The notes beneath the pieces were generated by a model, which was not told the origin of the DNA, did not search any database, and saw nothing but the letters and a program-made list of their open reading frames with translations. A DNA stretch of 22,352 nt, taken from assembly GCA_044356295.1 (NCBI GenBank), contig JBIKWN010000038.1:1-22352 (forward strand), written 5' to 3'. The DNA comes from Bdellovibrionota bacterium (GTDB lineage: Bacteria > Bdellovibrionota_C > UBA2361 > JBIKWN01). Position numbers and translations under genes: made by a program. This document shows positions 18,127 through 22,352 of this stretch, piece after piece. The first letter of the stretch is position 1. Every line of letters starts with the position of its first letter.

Positions 18127-19443
18127 CTAAACAGCTAAAGAGCTAGAATAAATAAATTTTTTATCAACCGACGTTCGATTAAACACAGAAGGGCGTTGTA
18201 TACGGGTTTCTTGGAAATAGCCTTTCCTATTAAGGAAAAGAGATAATAAATACTTATGGTTAGATTGAATAGAAGATGCCTCATCTTCGGTAATTAAAGT
18301 AAACAAAGAGAAATAAAATGTACCCTGTTCCCCTTGGCATCTCAGGGCTTGCCCAATGTGGCGGTAGGGGAAGCTAACCAATGTGTTAGGTTGATTTTTT
18401 GCAGTGAAAACTTCGTTCAATTCCACTGCAACACAGGGCAACGCTCTTCCTGTCTTTGAAGAGGCAATAAGAAGTCCTGCCATACTAACCATGGCTAAAA
18501 TGTACTTAGGGATTTCATAAGGATTAAATGAGGAGTCTTCAACTAATAGTTGGATAACTACTTCTGAGCCAGATATTCCTGACTTTTCAAATCCAATTCT
18601 TCTTAGTCCATTAGTAGCAAAAATAAGGGTACTAACTTTTTGGGTGTGCTCGGTTTTGTAGACTCTAAGTTCACAAATAGGCAGGGGGCGGCTAGGAGGT
18701 TCAAATCCCAGGCCAGAGATCTGTGATTTTAGGTCTAAGTTTGTCTCTGCAATATGTTTTCCATACTGCATTTCAAAGGGCTCGAAAGGAGAAGTTAGCT
18801 CAGGAAATTGAACTCGTGAGGTTTTTTCAGTTTTTATTTTTTTTTGCCACGCTCTATCGATAAAGATATCTGCGCCTGCAAACCAATCTGACACAGTAGT
18901 TCCTTGTCGATTATGATGGGCTACAAAGATGCCAACTTTTTCTAAGAGGGAAGACCAGCCATGGTTGAGTACATCTGATTTTAATTGTCGAATAATATTA
19001 CGGATCTCTTTTCGAACATCGTACTCAGAGAAAGTATAGGAAAGCTTGGAAGATACCCTCAGGAAAACTCTATCGCTAATGTCTCTCTCTTCCAAAAGAT
19101 TCGCAAACTGATGACGATGACATTGATAGATGACATCTGTTTTTTCGAAGTCTATTGTTTTAATGGTTTCAAGAGTAATTAATATTGAGGTCTCTTCTGT
19201 AAGAACTTTTTGAACAGTCTTTTCGACAGGGAAAATAATTCCAATACTTTCTAGTGCGCAAGGATACCCACATTCAAGGAGGTAAATCAGGCTTGATTCA
19301 AGGGCTTCGCGAATATGTTCTTTGTCTAAACTTGAAAATTCTTTCCTGAGCTGAGTTACGTTGTCCTTTTCACGGGATCCAATTGGATCTCGTGAAGAGA
19401 CAGCATCTAAACAAAACTCCACTGGAACAGGAGAAATCGCCAT
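18127..19443 (-). CDS. Hypothetical protein, possible C-terminal Suppressor-of-fused (SUFU)-like domain
   Basis: 438-aa ORF co-oriented with its neighbours. LIFATNGL...GSEVVIQL...LITEDEA is weakly SUFU-like. Confidence 0.5.
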   Translation of the reverse strand: MAISPVPVEFCLDAVSSRDPIGSREKDNVTQLRKEFSSLDKEHIREALESSLIYLLECGYPCALESIGIIFPVEKTVQKVLTEETSILITLETIKTIDFEKTDVIYQCHRHQFANLLEERDISDRVFLRVSSKLSYTFSEYDVRKEIRNIIRQLKSDVLNHGWSSLLEKVGIFVAHHNRQGTTVSDWFAGADIFIDRAWQKKIKTEKTSRVQFPELTSPFEPFEMQYGKHIAETNLDLKSQISGLGFEPPSRPLPICELRVYKTEHTQKVSTLIFATNGLRRIGFEKSGISGSEVVIQLLVEDSSFNPYEIPKYILAMVSMAGLLIASSKTGRALPCVAVELNEVFTAKNQPNTLVSFPYRHIGQALRCQGEQGTFYFSLFTLITEDEASSIQSNHKYLLSLFLNRKGYFQETRIQRPSVFNRTSVDKKFIYSSSLAV

Positions 19444-19541
19444 TCGGGTTACTACCTGGAAAAGTTTAAAGTATCAGCTTGATTTAAGGGTGAGTGAAAC
19501 TCGGCTCTCAAAAGAAGAAGGTGCTGAACGCCCAAAAGAAA

Positions 19542-19868
19542 TTATAGTAATCCAGTAATTGCTGCAACTAGTTTATCTTTTGGAACTGCACCGACGATCT
19601 GATTTACTTGTTTCCCACCTTTAAAGAAAACAAGATTTGGAATTCCTTTTACGTTGAAATCTGCAGGGGACTTTGGATTATCATCAACGTTTACTTTTAC
19701 GATTTTAATTTTACCGTCGTATTCATTTGCCAACTCTTCAAGCACTGGGGCAATTGATTTACAAGGACCACACCAAGGGGCCCAGAAATCTACAAGTACT
19801 GGCACAGCAGACTGTAATACTTCACTTTCAAAATTTGAGTCCTGAATTTCGCTAACTTTGCCCGCCAT
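19542..19868 (-). CDS. trxA: Thioredoxin
   Basis: VLVDFWAPWCGPCK active site, GIP cis-Pro loop, 108 aa. Confidence 0.97.
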   Translation of the reverse strand: MAGKVSEIQDSNFESEVLQSAVPVLVDFWAPWCGPCKSIAPVLEELANEYDGKIKIVKVNVDDNPKSPADFNVKGIPNLVFFKGGKQVNQIVGAVPKDKLVAAITGLL

Positions 19869-20037
19869 TTTCTAAACACCTTTATCAATAAACTAGTTCA
19901 ATATCGTGGTACTGATGATAGCGGAGTTAAAGAGTTTTACCCACCCCCCCAAAATCAATCCTAGTCGTTCTGGGGTGAGGTCACCCCAAACGCAATGTAC
20001 CAACATTGTAAAAGTTTAAGGCACTTAAAATCAACAC

Positions 20038-20064
20038 TCAACAATTTCAATAACTTGTCGATAA
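20038..20064 (+). promoter_or_regulatory. Candidate sigma-28 (FliA)-type promoter
   Basis: TCAA-N15-GTCGATAA versus consensus TAAA-N15-GCCGATAA, about 120 bp upstream of the 20186 ORF. Motif match only. Confidence 0.35.
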
Positions 20065-20185
20065 GTATAGGTAAAGAATTAGTTTAAGTTACTTGAATCT
20101 ATACCCCCATGAGGGACGTCATAACTGATGAGTAGTTTAAGTAGTTTAAACTTTGACCGCTTAGGAAAAAGGAATAACAGACACT

Positions 20186-21046
20186 ATGAGCCATAAAATA
20201 TTTACAGTTGATTTCGTCGGACAGGATTCGAGTTTAACCCTCGCACTTAGCTCAAAAAAGATTAGTGATTCTGAAACTAGTTTCAATCAGTGCTACCTGA
20301 GGCTTGAAGATGAATTTAGTATACCGTCACTTCGAAGTCGCTACAGTGCTGAAGCTGAAAATCCTCTTCATCAGTTAGAACATCACTTAATGAGACTTTC
20401 TCAAAACGGTGAATTAGGAACGAGTGAAATTATTTTTGGATGTTACTCAGATCCATTCTTTCCTTTTCAAGGTAAGTTTGATGTTTCCATAAAAGCATTG
20501 GAGTTATTCGCTCGGTATGTTCCTGGGCATTTAACGATTCAAACAAGGTCACCACTTCTTGTTATCGCACTTCCTGTTTTAAAAAGATTAGGAAACAGAG
20601 TCACTGTTTCTGTCGCTGTAGAAACAAACGATGAAACTTCTGTTTACCGCTATACTCCTGGGCTCCCACGTATAGAAGAGCGCTTGAAAATGGTAACTGC
20701 ACTCCGTCGTTTTGGGATTGAAACAGCTATTCAGGTTGCTCCGGTCCTACCCTATGGAGATTGGAAAAACGACGCACAAAAATTTGCTCAAACACTAATC
20801 GAACACGCTGATTTCATCACTGTGCTTGCATTTAATACATTGATAGAAAAAGAGGGACTATCAGCACGCGCAGTGAAAAATCAAACAGGTGCTGCTCGGC
20901 TAGCAGAGGACAGGAAGTTCCACTGGCTCAGAGCCGACAGCGCCAACCCCTTACTGAACGCGATTGAAGCAATTGATGGCGCTAAGTTAAAAGTCCCAAC
21001 AAGAACTTTTCAAACAAATCGTCAGCTTACATTTTTTGCGGCATAG
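20186..21046 (+). CDS. Radical-SAM-like protein related to the SPL/PA0069/Rv2578c group, lacking CxxxCxxC
   Basis: IFGCYSDPF, LTIQTRSPL, TPGLPRIEERL...LRRFGI...VAPVLP and C-terminal RQLTFF. Only one Cys (QCYL) in the cluster-binding region. Confidence 0.7.
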   Translation: MSHKIFTVDFVGQDSSLTLALSSKKISDSETSFNQCYLRLEDEFSIPSLRSRYSAEAENPLHQLEHHLMRLSQNGELGTSEIIFGCYSDPFFPFQGKFDVSIKALELFARYVPGHLTIQTRSPLLVIALPVLKRLGNRVTVSVAVETNDETSVYRYTPGLPRIEERLKMVTALRRFGIETAIQVAPVLPYGDWKNDAQKFAQTLIEHADFITVLAFNTLIEKEGLSARAVKNQTGAARLAEDRKFHWLRADSANPLLNAIEAIDGAKLKVPTRTFQTNRQLTFFAA

Positions 21047-21119
21047 AAAGCATAGAAGCATAGATATAAGGAGTAAATTTTGTACAATCCTTCGCGTACT
21101 TCGCGACCTTGTATATAGA

Positions 21120-21331
21120 AAGTATCACTTTATTAGGGGTACACTTTTAAGGTGTGTGGGTAATGTGACAGTTCGAATCGTGCCCTGTTTGTAATAAACG
21201 CCGCGAAGCATGAACGTCACATTACTTTCTTTATCTGCTCGAACAGTCGCTAGAACGTGCACTAGGGAGAGATTATCCCCCTAGGATACGCACTGTTCGC
21301 ATTCGCAAGTAAGAGCTTATAAAGCTTTTTT
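21120..21331 (+). ncRNA. Putative bridge RNA of the IS110 element (5' hairpin, target-binding loop, donor-binding loop); ends approximate
   Basis: Stem TAATGTGAC-A-GTTC (21161-21174) / GAAC-GTCACATTA (21212-21224) encloses TCGTGCCCT and CGCGAAG. A second stem (CTTTAT..GCTC / GAGC..ATAAAG) encloses ACAGTCGCT and GCAAG. These segments match the target and donor junction sequences. Confidence 0.85.
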
Positions 21332-21361
21332 CCACACAGAATACATAAGGAGAATATCAAT

Positions 21362-22327
21362 ATGAAAAACGAAACGGAAGTATTTGTTGGCATAGATGTC
21401 AGTAAAGATTGGCTGGATGTTAATTCTGGTAGAGCTTGGCGAGTAGCGAATACATTTTCGGGTGTAAAAAAGCTGATAAAAGAACTCTCTAAGTTAAATC
21501 CAGTACTTGTAGTATTAGAGTCAACTGGAGGCTATGAAAACTTAGCACTTGAAGCTTTATGGGAGGCTAAGATTGAAGTTGCTAGGGTAAATCCAAGACG
21601 TACAAAATGTTACGCAAGAGCACTTGGTAAAGAAGCAAAGTCTGATGCTATAGATGCTGATATGCTAAGGTGCTTTGCTATGCAAACACGTCCTGCACCA
21701 ACCCCAGCCCCAACTGCCGAGGTTAAAAAACTAAAATCTCTTATTAATAGAAGAACTCAACTGATTACTATGAGAACTGAGGAGAAAAACCGAGTAAAAA
21801 ATCCTATCTCCTGCCCACCCATAAAACGTCACATACAAAAGATGATTAAATTTATCACTGCTGAAATTATTCAGCTTGAAGAACAAATTGATATCATTAT
21901 TAAAAATTCCGAGACACTTAATGAAAAAGCCCAAGTGCTCCAACAAGAAACTAGTGTAGGACCTATTCTGACTATGACTCTTTTGGCGGAGCTGCCCGAG
22001 TTAGGAACAATCTCTCGGCAGCAGGTTGCGGCACTGGTAGGAGTTGCTCCTTATACTAATCAAAGTGGTACTTTTGAGGGGAAAAGACCCATCAGAGGTG
22101 GCAGAAAGCATATTAGACACATACTCTATATGGCTACCGTCTCTGCCGTGAGACGAAATCAAAAAATTAAACAATTCTTCCTCTCCATGGTCAGACGAGG
22201 AAAGCCTAAAATGATTGCTCTTATTGCTGCTATGCGTAGGTTGATTGTTACTCTTAATGCGACTCTTCGTGACTTTTATTCTAACAAAAATCTCAGAAAT
22301 GCAGATTTGTTAGAAACACATGCTTGA
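21362..22327 (+). CDS. IS110-family transposase/recombinase (DEDD RuvC-like plus Tnp domain)
   Basis: VGIDVSK (D), VLESTGGYE (E), KSDAIDA (D,D), VGVAP...QSG (catalytic Ser), GGRK.IR..LYMA, A.IAAMRRL. AAGGAG RBS at 21347-21352. Confidence 0.96.
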   Translation: MKNETEVFVGIDVSKDWLDVNSGRAWRVANTFSGVKKLIKELSKLNPVLVVLESTGGYENLALEALWEAKIEVARVNPRRTKCYARALGKEAKSDAIDADMLRCFAMQTRPAPTPAPTAEVKKLKSLINRRTQLITMRTEEKNRVKNPISCPPIKRHIQKMIKFITAEIIQLEEQIDIIIKNSETLNEKAQVLQQETSVGPILTMTLLAELPELGTISRQQVAALVGVAPYTNQSGTFEGKRPIRGGRKHIRHILYMATVSAVRRNQKIKQFFLSMVRRGKPKMIALIAAMRRLIVTLNATLRDFYSNKNLRNADLLETHA

Positions 22328-22352
22328 CTTCTTATACAGTCGCTTCGCGTTA

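Larger units (their letters stand above)
21108..22344 (+). mobile_element. Complete IS110-family insertion sequence (IS621-like, CT core, no terminal inverted repeats)
   Basis: Left junction TCGCGAC-CT-TGTAT (core 21108-21109) and right junction ACAGTCG-CT-TCGCG (core 22343-22344). Removing the element restores the repeat also seen at 13260-13289. Long left non-coding end, very short right end. Confidence 0.92.

Noticed and set aside
340..21946. Short antisense or alternate-frame ORFs (e.g. 340-573, 757-978, 7007-7351, 8855-9286, 9878-10189, 15799-16095, 21731-21946)
   Set aside because: They lie within well-supported genes and show no recognisable motifs, so they are probably shadow ORFs.
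21108..22344. Terminal inverted repeats or target-site duplication for the IS
   Set aside because: Only the CT core is repeated, plus a trivial TGTAT/ATACA match near the ends. This is consistent with IS110-type conservative recombination.

Overview
AT-rich bacterial chromosomal window, mostly housekeeping genes: a 5'-truncated methyltransferase-like ORF, a stand-alone receiver protein, mutS in one reading frame with a TPR/N-acetylmuramoyl-L-alanine amidase, a tRNA nucleotidyltransferase, a degenerate ArgRS-like ORF upstream of a SPOR protein, a membrane-anchored PP2C phosphatase, purH-purD, a TonB-dependent receptor, an MDR oxidoreductase, prmA, a pseudo-receiver protein, a hypothetical protein, trxA and a cysteine-deficient radical-SAM-like protein. 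The right end holds a complete IS110-family element (about 21108-22344). Its left non-coding end can be read as an IS621-type bridge RNA, with two internal loops whose guide segments match the element's own circle junction (ACAGTCG-CT-TGTAT) and its insertion target. That target is a (CTTCGCGNN)3 intergenic repeat, and an unoccupied copy lies at 13260-13289 in this window. Bridge RNAs are a described class, but this guide/target specificity was derived here from the sequence. All protein assignments come from motif recognition by eye; no searches or folding programs were run.
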